Origin: Hyaloraphidium curvatum SAG 235-1 | Lineage: Eukaryota > Fungi > Monoblepharomycota | Length of the DNA stretch: 64,000 nucleotides | Assembly: GCA_025558095.1 (NCBI GenBank) | Contig: JAIVFI010000023.1 | Coordinates: forward strand, 496,001-560,000 | Direction: 5' to 3' | Part shown: positions 20,130-30,178 of the stretch, piece by piece | Layout of the letters: each line of letters begins with the position of its first letter | Numbering within the stretch: position 1 is the first letter of the stretch | The notes under the pieces: model-generated | What the model saw: only the letters and a program-made list of their open reading frames with translations | Database searches by the model: none | Told to the model about the DNA's origin: nothing | Made by a program: the position numbers and the translations under genes

Positions 20130-23100
20130 CTACGGCCCCTTGCCGGCCCAACCGGCCCAAAACTCCAACAGCTGCTCCAGCCTCGTCGGATCCTTCATAA
20201 TATGGCTCGCCTGCGCCGGCTGTAGCGCCTTGACTTCCCGCGGCGGGGCGCCGTCGACGACGGCCAGCAGGCTCACGGAGTTCCCGTTCCCGACGGGCAG
20301 GAGAAAGTACTGCACGTCCTTGACCGTCCCGACGTACTTGGTCTCCACCTTCGGCTTGTCCGCCGGCGACTGCTGAGCAGCCACGGGGTTCGCCGCCTGG
20401 GCCGGTTGCTGCGCGACCTGGTGCGAGACCGGCATGACCTGCTGCGGCTGCACCGGCGAAGCCGACCCCGCCGCTGGCACCCTGGCGGCACTTTGTTGGC
20501 TGGGTGCCGCAGTCTGCTGGGTGGCGACGGCGGCCGAGGAAGAAGAAGCCGGCGCGGCCTGCGGAGCGGGGAGCACGCTCGCGGTTGCAGCGCGCACGGC
20601 GTTGGGCAGATGGTTCCTGTTGGGCGAGCTCTGCAGCGGGGCAGGGAAAGATACCGGCGCCGAGTCCACGCGCGTGAGCTGTTTCCCGACCCCGGCGGCC
20701 TGCCCGCCTAGCTGTGCAGGCGCCACCTGTGTCGGGGCGGGGAAAGTCTCCGATGCACGCCGCTGGATGGCAGCGTGGGCCTGCGCGGCGGCCTGCGCGG
20801 CAGGCTGCGCGGCGACCGGCGCCGTTTGCGCGCCGCCGACCTGTCCGCGCGCCGTAAGCTCGGCGTTGAGCTGCGCGTTCTTTTCCCTTGCCTGCTGCAG
20901 CATCCCCTTGAGCCTCTCCGCGACCGTTCGGAGCTCGCCGTTGTCCTTCACGAGATCGTTGATCCTGCCGCTGTAATCCAGGATCGTCGCGTTGGCCTTG
21001 TCCAGGTCGGCAGTGAGCGACTCGATCCTCGTGACCGTGCCGTCCCGGTTCAAAGCCTGCAGCAGCTCGACCGCCCGATCCCGCTGCTTCTCGGCCTTCT
21101 CGCGCTCGGTCGCCGCCGCCGATAGCTCCGCTTCCTTCTGCACCAGCTGCGCCACCGCCTCGGCCAGCTTCTTCTCGGCCGCCTCCGCCGTGGTCTCCGC
21201 CACGTCGAGGCGCCGGTCGAATTCGCGCTTGTCCGCCTTGTACTGCGCCGACTCTTCCGTCCACAGGTCAATGGCCTGCATCAGCTTGGCGCGAAGCTCG
21301 GAGTTCTCCCCGTCCAGCTCCGCCTTCTGGGCCGTCGCGGCCTCGAGCTCGCGCCGCGACTCCTCCAGCGCGGCGCTGATGTCCACGACGGAGCTGTGCA
21401 GCGCGGCATTGCGCTTGCGCTCCGCGTCCACGGTGCTCTCCGCGTGCTTGAGGTCCTTCTTCGCCTTGGCGAGGTCGAACCGGGCCGAATGGAGCTCGTG
21501 CTGGAGCTGCGCAACGTCGGCCTGCAGCGCCCTGTGCGACGCCCCGTCGGCCTGCGAGGGCTGCGCGTCGGCGGCGGGCGGGGCGCCCGGATGCAGCGCC
21601 CTCTGCGCCAGCACCTCCTTCTCCGCCTCGGCCTGCCTCGCCCGGTCCTCCAGCACCGCGTTGTTCCCCTCGGCCTCCTTGAGCTTCCTGTCCAGGGCGC
21701 CGCAGCGCACCTCGAGCTGCTTCATGTGTTCCGCCCCCTTGCGGGCCGCCTCGACCGCCGCCCGGGCCGCAGCCGCCGCCTGGATCGCCCTCTTGTCCGC
21801 GGCCACGACGTCGGCTTCGGCCCGCTCGGCGCGCTCCCTCGCCCGCACGAGCTCCGCCTCGAGCTGCTCCCTCTCTTGCCCGCCCCCGCCCTCGCCCAGC
21901 TCCCCCTCGAGCCTCTCCGCCCGCGCCCTTTCCCTTTCCAGCTCCCCCCTCAGGCTCTCGACCGTCCTGGCCGCCTTGCGCAGCATCGCCGCCTGGCTCT
22001 CCACCATCCCCTTCATCTCGGCGTCGCCGTTGCCGCCGTTGGCGGTCATGTGCCGCTCCGCGACCTCGGCCCTCACCCTCCGCCGCGACTCGGCGAGCTC
22101 CCCGCGCAGCTCCGCGTTCTCGGCCCGCAGCCGGTTCACCAGCGCGTCGAACGCCTCGACCGCGCTGCGCGGCGGGCGGGCACCGTCCCACGTCCATCCC
22201 GCCTCCTCGAAAAGCCGGCGGTCCGCCGCGTCGGGGGCCGGGCCGTCGGCGGGGCCGGCCCCGCGGTGGTACGCGCACAGCTCGCCCGGCTGCGAGACGG
22301 GGAGCTTGCACGGGGGGCGGCCGCGGTTGCGGGGGGAGCCACAGACGTGCGGGGCGGCGGGGTGGCTGTGCGGGGTGGGGGTGGGGGGGACGGGGGGCGA
22401 GTCGGCGCGGGGGAAGTAGAGGGGTTCGGGTTTGAGCGGGAAGGGGGAGGCGGGAGGGTCCAAAGGCGACGTTGGGGGGCCGGGAGCGGGAGCGGGCGGG
22501 TTCGTGAGGACGGTGGTGGCGGGCGAGACGGGCGACTGGGGCTCGGGTGGCGGTGCGAGGTCCGGAGGGAGGGGGGGAGTTGTTAGCCGAGGAGGCGCCT
22601 GGGCCGGCGGGGTTGTCCGTGCGGGCGGCGGGGTCAGCGCCTCCACCAGCGCCGACGCAGCGGCCGCGAGCGAAGCCGTCGGTGCCGCCGGCGGGGCAAC
22701 CGAGGTCCCGGGGTTCGGAACGTGCGCCGGCGTCGGCGGCAGGATGAGCACCGGGCTGCTGCCCGTCGAGGAAGGCCTCTGTGCCGGCAGCGCGGGCAGC
22801 GGCGGTGCGCCGAGCGACGCGCTCGACGGGCGCTGGTTTGCGATGGGCGGCCGCGGGGTAATCGGCGCCGCGGCGGGGGGCGAGGTGTCCACGACGAGCA
22901 CCGGGCGCGGTTTCGCGGGCCCGGCGGCCGATGCGCCGTCCGGTTTCCCGGGCTGCGCGTCCGCAGATGCCGGCCCGTCCAGTTTCGGCTTCTTCGGCAC
23001 GGTTTTGTCCGCGTCGCCCGCGGGGGCAGGCCTCTTCGCGCCGAGCACGGTCAATGCCTCCCCCGCATCCCCCCCGCCCCTGTCCGGCTCGGGCGACGGC

Positions 23101-23480
23101 GGGTCGAGGTCGATGACGACCGGGGGCGGCCGTTTGGCGGGTGCATTCGGGAGCGGCGCCGCCCCGCCGCCCGCCTTGGGAGCAGACGGCCCCGCGCTGC
23201 CCGCCCGGCTGCTCCCCGCCGTCCCGCCCGCCGGCGGGTTCGAAACCGCCCGGACCTCCGCCTTGGCCGCGTTCACGGGCGCGCTGAGAGCGCCATTCTT
23301 CGCGTCGGGCGCCCCGCGCAGCGCATTCTCCGCCGTCGCGCGCTCCGCCGTGTCGAGCGCCCCCGTCTGCTCCCCGCCGCGGTCCTTCACGCCGACGACC
23401 GACGGCGTGCGCCGCGCGAGGAACGCCGCGTTCGACGCATCGGACGCGTCGAGCGCCGCCGCGAGGCCGCCGGGCGCCAT
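20130..23480 (-). CDS. ~1116 aa intronless protein: Pro-rich region, CCCH-type Zn motif, long coiled coil
   Basis: Long ORF with CGSPRNRGRPPCKLPVSQPGELCAYH, ~420 aa of heptad-rich sequence and a small globular C-terminus. Confidence 0.8.
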   Translation of the reverse strand: MAPGGLAAALDASDASNAAFLARRTPSVVGVKDRGGEQTGALDTAERATAENALRGAPDAKNGALSAPVNAAKAEVRAVSNPPAGGTAGSSRAGSAGPSAPKAGGGAAPLPNAPAKRPPPVVIDLDPPSPEPDRGGGDAGEALTVLGAKRPAPAGDADKTVPKKPKLDGPASADAQPGKPDGASAAGPAKPRPVLVVDTSPPAAAPITPRPPIANQRPSSASLGAPPLPALPAQRPSSTGSSPVLILPPTPAHVPNPGTSVAPPAAPTASLAAAASALVEALTPPPARTTPPAQAPPRLTTPPLPPDLAPPPEPQSPVSPATTVLTNPPAPAPGPPTSPLDPPASPFPLKPEPLYFPRADSPPVPPTPTPHSHPAAPHVCGSPRNRGRPPCKLPVSQPGELCAYHRGAGPADGPAPDAADRRLFEEAGWTWDGARPPRSAVEAFDALVNRLRAENAELRGELAESRRRVRAEVAERHMTANGGNGDAEMKGMVESQAAMLRKAARTVESLRGELERERARAERLEGELGEGGGGQEREQLEAELVRARERAERAEADVVAADKRAIQAAAAARAAVEAARKGAEHMKQLEVRCGALDRKLKEAEGNNAVLEDRARQAEAEKEVLAQRALHPGAPPAADAQPSQADGASHRALQADVAQLQHELHSARFDLAKAKKDLKHAESTVDAERKRNAALHSSVVDISAALEESRRELEAATAQKAELDGENSELRAKLMQAIDLWTEESAQYKADKREFDRRLDVAETTAEAAEKKLAEAVAQLVQKEAELSAAATEREKAEKQRDRAVELLQALNRDGTVTRIESLTADLDKANATILDYSGRINDLVKDNGELRTVAERLKGMLQQAREKNAQLNAELTARGQVGGAQTAPVAAQPAAQAAAQAHAAIQRRASETFPAPTQVAPAQLGGQAAGVGKQLTRVDSAPVSFPAPLQSSPNRNHLPNAVRAATASVLPAPQAAPASSSSAAVATQQTAAPSQQSAARVPAAGSASPVQPQQVMPVSHQVAQQPAQAANPVAAQQSPADKPKVETKYVGTVKDVQYFLLPVGNGNSVSLLAVVDGAPPREVKALQPAQASHIMKDPTRLEQLLEFWAGWAGKGP

Positions 23481-23908
23481 CGCATTGCAGGCCGCGGGGG
23501 AGTGGATTGGCGCGATTCTGGGAGCGAGGTGCGCGCTGTTGAATCCCGCTGATGTACCTCGAATCAGACCCCTGCAAACACCGTCGCCGAGAGCCAACCA
23601 GCATTCGCACGCAAAGAAAACGGCAAATCTTTAGAAGAGAGTTCATTCGTGGTGGCCGTCGTTGTCGGCGGGCGGGAACTGGACGCACTCCCCGCGCCCC
23701 GAAGCACCGATCTCTTTCCGACCCCTCAGGGCATCCATCGGGCGGACTTTGCGCGAGGAGGAAGAAAATCACGTCAATCATCCGCAAGATATTGCTATGC
23801 TACTGACTAGCTACCCCGACGCACCGCCGCCCAAAGAGCGTCCGCCGACGCCTCCAAAATCAGCCCCACCCGAACGGCCCAAGACGCCTCGTACCGCCGA
23901 CGCGCCGC

Positions 23909-24363
23909 TCAGGGAGGGGGACACTTGCTGCCCTGCGCACGGCATCAGCCCCGACCGACGGCTCCCCCGGGGCGGTGCTACCCACCGTGCAGCACCTGAG
24001 CACGTACGACACCTCGGCGGTGCACCTCCCCCCCGGGCCCCTAGGCACCGCCCCGCATCAGCGCCCCGCGTGGGGCAGAAGGGGCGGCGAGGACCTACCC
24101 GGTGCAAGTCGTGCCGACCTGGGTGCACGGGTTGCCGGGGGTGCCGCCGGAGCAGGTGACCACGGCCTCGCGGCCGCACTCGTTGGTGAAGGGGGGGTTG
24201 CACGAGGTCTGGCTGGGGTGGGGACGGGCGCGTCGGCGGTGCCCGTGCGACGGGAGGGGAAGCCGGGGGAGTACCCGGTAACGCATTGCTGGGCGTGGGC
24301 GCCGGCGACCAGGGCGACGAGGAGGAAGAGGGCGAAGAGGAGGGGGAAGGTGGCGCGGGGCAT
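23909..24363 (-). CDS. Small secreted cysteine-rich protein (93 aa, 10 Cys, 3 introns)
   Basis: Signal peptide MPRATFPLLFALFLLVALVAGAHA. Removing three GT-AG introns gives one continuous frame ending LRCCTGSKCPPP*. Confidence 0.75.
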
Positions 24364-25039
24364 GGTTGCTTGCGTGGTCAGGTGCGGGCGGGTAGGTCGG
24401 TGGGCTCCTCCGGGAACCAGGGGGTTTTATGGTGCTGCTGTGGTGGTGGTGATCCTGGATCGCATGACGTCGTCGCGCCGGTAACCTCCAAACTTGCATG
24501 TGGGAAATATAAACGAGAGATCCTCGCGAGCATCGTATTATCGTCGAGTGGCGTCGCTCGTGCGGTGCGGGGGGAGTCAACCCGTGGCATGCTCCGATCG
24601 ACTCGTCACCGAATCTGGATCTTCCGCTGCTGCGAAGCCCCAAAACCCCCCGTACCTCCATTAATCCGACGCGCGAAGTAGTTGGTCTTGAACTGTCGAT
24701 GTCCGGACATTGCTCGGTCCGGCAGATCCCAGTTCTCGGCGCGGGCAAGGCCGCACGATGACATTGCGCCGGAACTGATCGACGAGCCGGAGAACTGCAG
24801 TCGAACAAATCTATGGTCTAGTGGCTCTACAGGTCTAGAATCTATGCCAACGAAACCGCGGTCGGCGTCCGCAACCGGCACCGGGCTCGGCGCGTTCCAA
24901 ATTGTCAACAGGTGCACGAAAAATGCCCGCAAAATCCCCTGCTCGAGTCCATCCGGGGCCCTCTCCGGCCAGCCTCCCACGAGTCCGTCGTGAGAGCAAA
25001 CCAGGGTCAAGTCCGGTCCTGATCATCTCCAGCGACGCT

Positions 25040-25735
25040 TCAAAGCTCGTCGTCCAGCCCGGCCACCATCCTCTCGCACCACCGCTCCACCGCATGCCAC
25101 ACGAACCACACCGCCCTGCACGCCCCCACAAGGGGCAGCAGCGCTGCCGCGAACCCCATCCTGCGGGCGAAAAGCGCCCACCCCCTCGCGCGGTCCCACA
25201 GCGGCTCGCTCCGCTGCTTCCTGCCGCCGCCCACGGGGTACGGCGGCGGCGGGATGGCGAACGGCGCGAGGCCGACAAAGTCGCGGATGAGGAGCAGCGT
25301 GCCGGCGAGCACGAACAGCGCGGCGCCGGCGGGGGCGGCGGCGGCGTGCGTCTTGGCTGCCAGCCCGGCCAGGGGCGCCGGGGAGAGGAGCGACGACAGC
25401 AGGGAGAGCAGCAGGGCGACGGGGTAGCCCGCCAGCAGCACCGCCAGGACGACGGCGGCGGCGGCGAGCGCCGTGCGCGCGGTCGGCGACGCGGCCAGTC
25501 GGAGGCGCGGATCCCTGCCCGCCCACGGCTGCAGGCACACCTCGCAGCGCAGGCGCGCGGCGGGCGACGAGCGGCGCCATGCCGACAGGCAGGAGCGGTG
25601 CACGGAGGACAGCGAGCCGCGGCAGCCGCACGGCGTCAGCAGGGGGTCGGCGGGGGAGGGCTCGTCGTCGCGGCAGATGCGGCACGCCGCGGCCTGGTCC
25701 GCACCCGGCGGTGGCGGTACGGTCCACACGAGCAT
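25040..25735 (-). CDS. RING-CH (RINGv/MARCH-type) membrane E3 ligase
   Basis: CRIC...PCGCRGS...VHRSCL..W...CEVC (C4HC3), followed by ~3 hydrophobic helices. Confidence 0.85.
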   Translation of the reverse strand: MLVWTVPPPPGADQAAACRICRDDEPSPADPLLTPCGCRGSLSSVHRSCLSAWRRSSPAARLRCEVCLQPWAGRDPRLRLAASPTARTALAAAAVVLAVLLAGYPVALLLSLLSSLLSPAPLAGLAAKTHAAAAPAGAALFVLAGTLLLIRDFVGLAPFAIPPPPYPVGGGRKQRSEPLWDRARGWALFARRMGFAAALLPLVGACRAVWFVWHAVERWCERMVAGLDDEL

Positions 25736-26292
25736 GGCGGCGGCGGGGAGCGGAGCGGAATCTCCGTGCGCCGGGGGTTGGGGTGTGGCGCGGAGGCAAG
25801 CTCGCGCAATCTCCGGGCCATCCCGCATCAACCGCGTCCCGGATGACGTGTCCACGTCCCTCACGGCGGGCACCGAAATGATATCTGGTGGAAGCTCCGG
25901 AACCTGATTTGCATCTCGCTTGGTTTTCCGTCTCGAAAATGGTCACCCGGTGGGGACCAGAGCTGGCGCCCTCTTGAAGCCGACACCGGAACCTTCAGCT
26001 CGTCCTCCATTCCCGCGAATCTCGAAGACCGCGTGCATGAAAAGAACTCAGGAAGCTATCCGTTCGTTTTCCATAAGATTGGCGAGCCGGCGAGCGGGAT
26101 GCGGCGATCGCCAGACGCGGGCCGGAGTTCGGCCGATTCCGCCGCTTGCCGCAACACACGCCTCCCACACATCGAATCGCGGCAGTCGCCGCTCGTCCGC
26201 GTACGCTGGAACAGCGCACTCTAAGGCAAACGAGGCCGCGCGATTGAAGGGCCATTGAGCGGGGCAGGCCCTCGAATCCTTACGGCGCCGCG

Positions 26293-27306
26293 ATGGACGG
26301 CCCGACGGACCTCTTCAACGCCCCCTTCTCCCCCGCGACCCGCGCCGCCATCTCCTCGGGGTTGGAGCTCCTGGACACGTACCTCGCCCACTTCAACTCG
26401 CGCCGCCCCGCCGGGCAGACCTCGACCCTCGCCTTCCCCCTCCTCCTCCCGCCCCCCGCCCCGGCCCTCCTGGTCCCCTCCGTGCAGGCCTACGCCGACG
26501 CCGACGCCAAGGCCCTCGCGCACCTCACCTCCCGCGGCTGGGGCTACTCCCTGTGGCACTCGCGCCGCATCGTCTGCGCCGGACCGCACAGGGTCGCGCT
26601 GGACATCGAGTTCGGGAGGTACGCCCCCGACGGGGAGTGCTTCGGCGCCGCGAGGTCGCTTTACGTTGCTTCGAGGAGGGAGACGCCCGGGGAGGGGGAG
26701 TGGGGCATCCAGCTCCGCGGGACGACGGCGGGGGGCGCGATATGGGGCACCGCGGCGCCCGAGGCCGATTCGGAGATCGCGAGGAGGGTGCGGGAGAGGT
26801 TTCCGGACAATGCGGTCACGGTTCCGGAGCGCGTGCGCGGCGGGGGGCCCACCGACCCGACGGAACCGCAGCTGCACCCTTCGTACCCCGCCGCGGACCC
26901 GGAGATCCAAGCGTGCGTGCGCGCGCTGGTGGATTTCGCCATCTCGGGGCGGGGGGAGCCCTCGCTTTTTGCGGAGCGCGAATCGCGCCTCCTCCCCCCG
27001 CGCGGCCAGCTCGTCACCCTCTCCCATACGGACTTCCCGCCCCCTCCCAGATCCGAATCCAACGTGCCGTACGATCTCGCGGTGCGCGTGCCCTTCCCCG
27101 GGCCGGACTCGGCCTTCGTCGACGTCGCGCTGCGCCATTCCGCCCCGCGCGCGGTGCTCGGTTATCCGCTCGGCGGGGAGGACGGGGTCGGGGGGAGGAC
27201 GGAGAGGGCGGTGCTGGTGCTGAGGAAGGGGAAGGAGGGGTGGAGGGTTGCGGCGCGGTGCGTGGTGGATGGGGGTGCGGAGGGCACGGGCGAGGGAAAG
27301 CTCTGA
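26293..27306 (+). CDS. Tandem NTF2-like domain protein (DUF6841-like), intronless
   Basis: YLAHFN...LAFP...GWGYSLWHSRRIV...RVALDIEFGRY...SLYVA...WGIQLR; a degenerate second copy ends AVLVLRKGKEGWRVAARC. Confidence 0.6.
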   Translation: MDGPTDLFNAPFSPATRAAISSGLELLDTYLAHFNSRRPAGQTSTLAFPLLLPPPAPALLVPSVQAYADADAKALAHLTSRGWGYSLWHSRRIVCAGPHRVALDIEFGRYAPDGECFGAARSLYVASRRETPGEGEWGIQLRGTTAGGAIWGTAAPEADSEIARRVRERFPDNAVTVPERVRGGGPTDPTEPQLHPSYPAADPEIQACVRALVDFAISGRGEPSLFAERESRLLPPRGQLVTLSHTDFPPPPRSESNVPYDLAVRVPFPGPDSAFVDVALRHSAPRAVLGYPLGGEDGVGGRTERAVLVLRKGKEGWRVAARCVVDGGAEGTGEGKL

Positions 27307-27613
27307 TCTGGCCGAACGAATGACTGAGGAATGCATGACGAGCTAGCCCGCACAAAACTCTTCCGAGACCTGATGCCGAATCCCGCGGCATCCTGGTTTG
27401 CGGAGCTCGTCCGCCGCGGCGTCGGCGCGCGCGAGGCCCGCGACGGCCTCGTCCTCTGCGGGGGCGGGATCGGGGCGTCAAAATGGCGAGGAGCTCCCGC
27501 GCAGAGAGCCTGAAGAGCTCCGGCGCCCGACGAGGCCATGGCGGGAGCTGCGGGAGGTGCAGAGCACCTGAGTTTCTGGGAGACGCCAGGAAACACGCGT
27601 TCGCTCGAAGAGC

Positions 27614-28858
27614 ATGTCCTTGCCGAGCACGGTCGCGGCCCTTACCGCGTCTCTGCTTCATCTATCCGACTCCGCGGCGAACCCGGTGCGGAGCGCCTCT
27701 CTCGCTGCGCTCATTCTGGACAAGGCCGGGAACGAAGCCGCGCGAGCGTCGGGAGCGGCAGGCATCCTCCGCGGGGCAGAGGGCACCGCGGAGCAGATGC
27801 GATCCGATGCGGGGATCCACATCGCGAGCGTGGCAAAGACGATGACCGCCGTGCTGGTGTTCCAAGCGGCCGAGGAGGGGAGGCTCGGGGACGCGGGCAT
27901 TAATGCGACGCTTGCGTCCACCTTCGTACTTTCTCCGGACATTCTGAAGAAGCTCTATGCGGACAACTGGGATATCGTGACGGTCCGCCATCTGCTGACG
28001 CACACGAGCGGGCTCCGGGACGGGCAGACGGACGACAGCGCCCACACGGCCGTGGAGCTCGGTTCGGCTGCGCCAAACTCGCTCATCGGACGCCGGAACG
28101 CCGACATGGCCGCGCACATGGCCGCGCTCGCGGCGGGTAGCGTTCCGGACCCGGGCTTGAGGACGAAAAAGGCATGGCGGGTGTGGGATCCCGAGTGCAT
28201 TGAGGATGCCGAGGCGGGGATTCTCAACCATTTCCTCGTTCACGCGGCGCCGGGCGGTCCTATGTTCCCGGCAGGGCAGGGATTCCACTACTCGGACACG
28301 GCCTTTGCGATCCTCGCGCTCCTCGTCGAGAAACTACTCGGCGAACGGTACGCGCGGCTCCTCCGAACCCGAATCTTCGCACCCCTCGGCATGCATTCCA
28401 CATTTCTCGACGAAACGTCTCCACCCGACCCTCTTGACGCTGATGCCGTTATTTCCGACCCGTGGGTCGGATCCGTGCCCGTTCTCACCTCCGGAATCAG
28501 CCTCTCGAACGACTGGGGAGGCGGCGGGGTGGTCTCAACCCCGGAAGACCTGTGCCTCTTCATCTCTGGCCTACTCAACGGGAAGCTCTTCTGGCGCCGC
28601 GAAACCCTGGACCTGATGCTCGCCCCCGCGACGCCCCCCGGGCTCCCCGCGCGGTTCTCCGCGGTCGGCTGCGGGATCTTCCGGTTCGCGAACGGCAGGG
28701 GGCTGGAGATCCTGGGCCATACGGGGGCGTGGGGTGCCGCGATGCTGGGCTTGCCGGCGCTGGGGCTCTACATTGCGGGAACGGTCAACCTCAGGGCGGT
28801 GGGGGATTGGGCGGTCCGCGTCGCGGAGGAGCTTGCGGACCTTGTGGATCCCCGGTAG
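27614..28858 (+). CDS. Serine hydrolase, beta-lactamase/DD-peptidase family, intronless
   Basis: SxxK (IASVAKT), LLTHTSGL, FHYSDTAF (YxN variant), GGGGVVST, GHTG. Confidence 0.9.
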   Translation: MSLPSTVAALTASLLHLSDSAANPVRSASLAALILDKAGNEAARASGAAGILRGAEGTAEQMRSDAGIHIASVAKTMTAVLVFQAAEEGRLGDAGINATLASTFVLSPDILKKLYADNWDIVTVRHLLTHTSGLRDGQTDDSAHTAVELGSAAPNSLIGRRNADMAAHMAALAAGSVPDPGLRTKKAWRVWDPECIEDAEAGILNHFLVHAAPGGPMFPAGQGFHYSDTAFAILALLVEKLLGERYARLLRTRIFAPLGMHSTFLDETSPPDPLDADAVISDPWVGSVPVLTSGISLSNDWGGGGVVSTPEDLCLFISGLLNGKLFWRRETLDLMLAPATPPGLPARFSAVGCGIFRFANGRGLEILGHTGAWGAAMLGLPALGLYIAGTVNLRAVGDWAVRVAEELADLVDPR

Positions 28859-29379
28859 AAGGACACACCTTGTTACGCCCGTTAGATGCCCGGCAGTGTC
28901 CACTGCTCCTTTGTCGGCCATTCAGGCGTAAGCTGACAAGCAACCTGTTACTTGCTTCGGATGTTGCGGCATTGGCCCGGGGCCAATAGCGGCCACCCTT
29001 CCAACCCCAAATCCGGGAATCAAAGCACGTCGACGGCAAATAGAGCGCGAAAAGTAACGACGCACGAACCGCACCTCGTCGCTCGAGACGATACGCAGGT
29101 TCCCTGCGAATGAACGAAGGTGTGGCAAGCGGGCTGTGCCCGCGCGGCCGGCCAGGCCCGATCATCGCGAATGCGCGCACCTGTACTTGCCAGGGGACCT
29201 CTAAAGGGTGGATGCAGATCACGACTGCTTCTTCGGGGCGGAGTTAGGCAACCTCGCCGGAGCCGTGAAGACGATTGGCCGCTTTGTAATCACTGGACCC
29301 ATCGTGAACCCGCCCGGGCAGGTGCGCTCTCGAAAACCCCCGACTGATCATCCCCCAGAGAACGCTCCTCGCACCCACG

Positions 29380-30018
29380 ATGGCCCCCGTTCTCCGCTCC
29401 CCGGTGCTCGCCTCCCTTTTCCTGCTCGCCCTCGCGGCGCTCGCGTTGGTGCCCTCCGCGCGGAGCTTCCGCTGAAGCTAACCCCGGCCGCTTTCTCCCT
29501 CGGTCACTACTCCCCGCCAGTTGGGCCGCACCGGGTCCCGCCGGCGCCGAGCTCACCGAGCGCGCCAGCTGCGCCGAGTGCGAGGTGGACGAGTATTGTG
29601 CGCCTTTCCCGCAGCTGGCCGGCTCGTCCCTGACCCTCCGTACCCCGCAGGCGAGTTCGGGGAATCCGGCGGCGTCTCCTGCGTCCGCTACCTCGACTCG
29701 CACTCTCTCTACAAGCGCTATCCGGCGCCCTCCTGCGGCTCCCTCGGCGAACCATGCTGCCCCGGCGTCACGAAGTGCAACTCCGGCCTCGGGTGCACCA
29801 ACTCGATATACAGCTCGGGCGTCTGCAGCTGCGGCGGATATCTCGAGGTTTGCTGCGGTGGCTCCACCTGCAATGAGGGCGCATGCGTGGTCGGCAGCAC
29901 CTGCTATTGCGGGGAGAAGGATTTTGCGTGCTGCACGCCGGGCCAACCGTGGAGCAGCGGGCCGTATTGGGACTTTGGGTGCTACAACAGCACTTGCGTG
30001 GACCACCTTTGCAACTAG
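29380..30018 (+). CDS. Secreted Cys-rich repeat protein (3 x 6-Cys modules), 2 coding introns plus a probable 5'UTR intron (29312-29358)
   Basis: Signal peptide MAPVLRSPVLASLFLLALAALAWA; LYKR dibasic site; three CG-x5-CC...C...C...C repeats. Confidence 0.78.
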
Positions 30019-30178
30019 CCCGATACTCCGTGATTCGTGTCTGTTCCTGTTGTTTGTTTCCGTGAGTTATGTATTGTCGGAGGGACCTTTTCGTGGTTTG
30101 CAGGGGTCTGGGCAAGAATGGAGGCCGGTCACAAGTCAGGCTTTGGTGTATTTACGTCGTGAAGGAAAACAACGTTCA

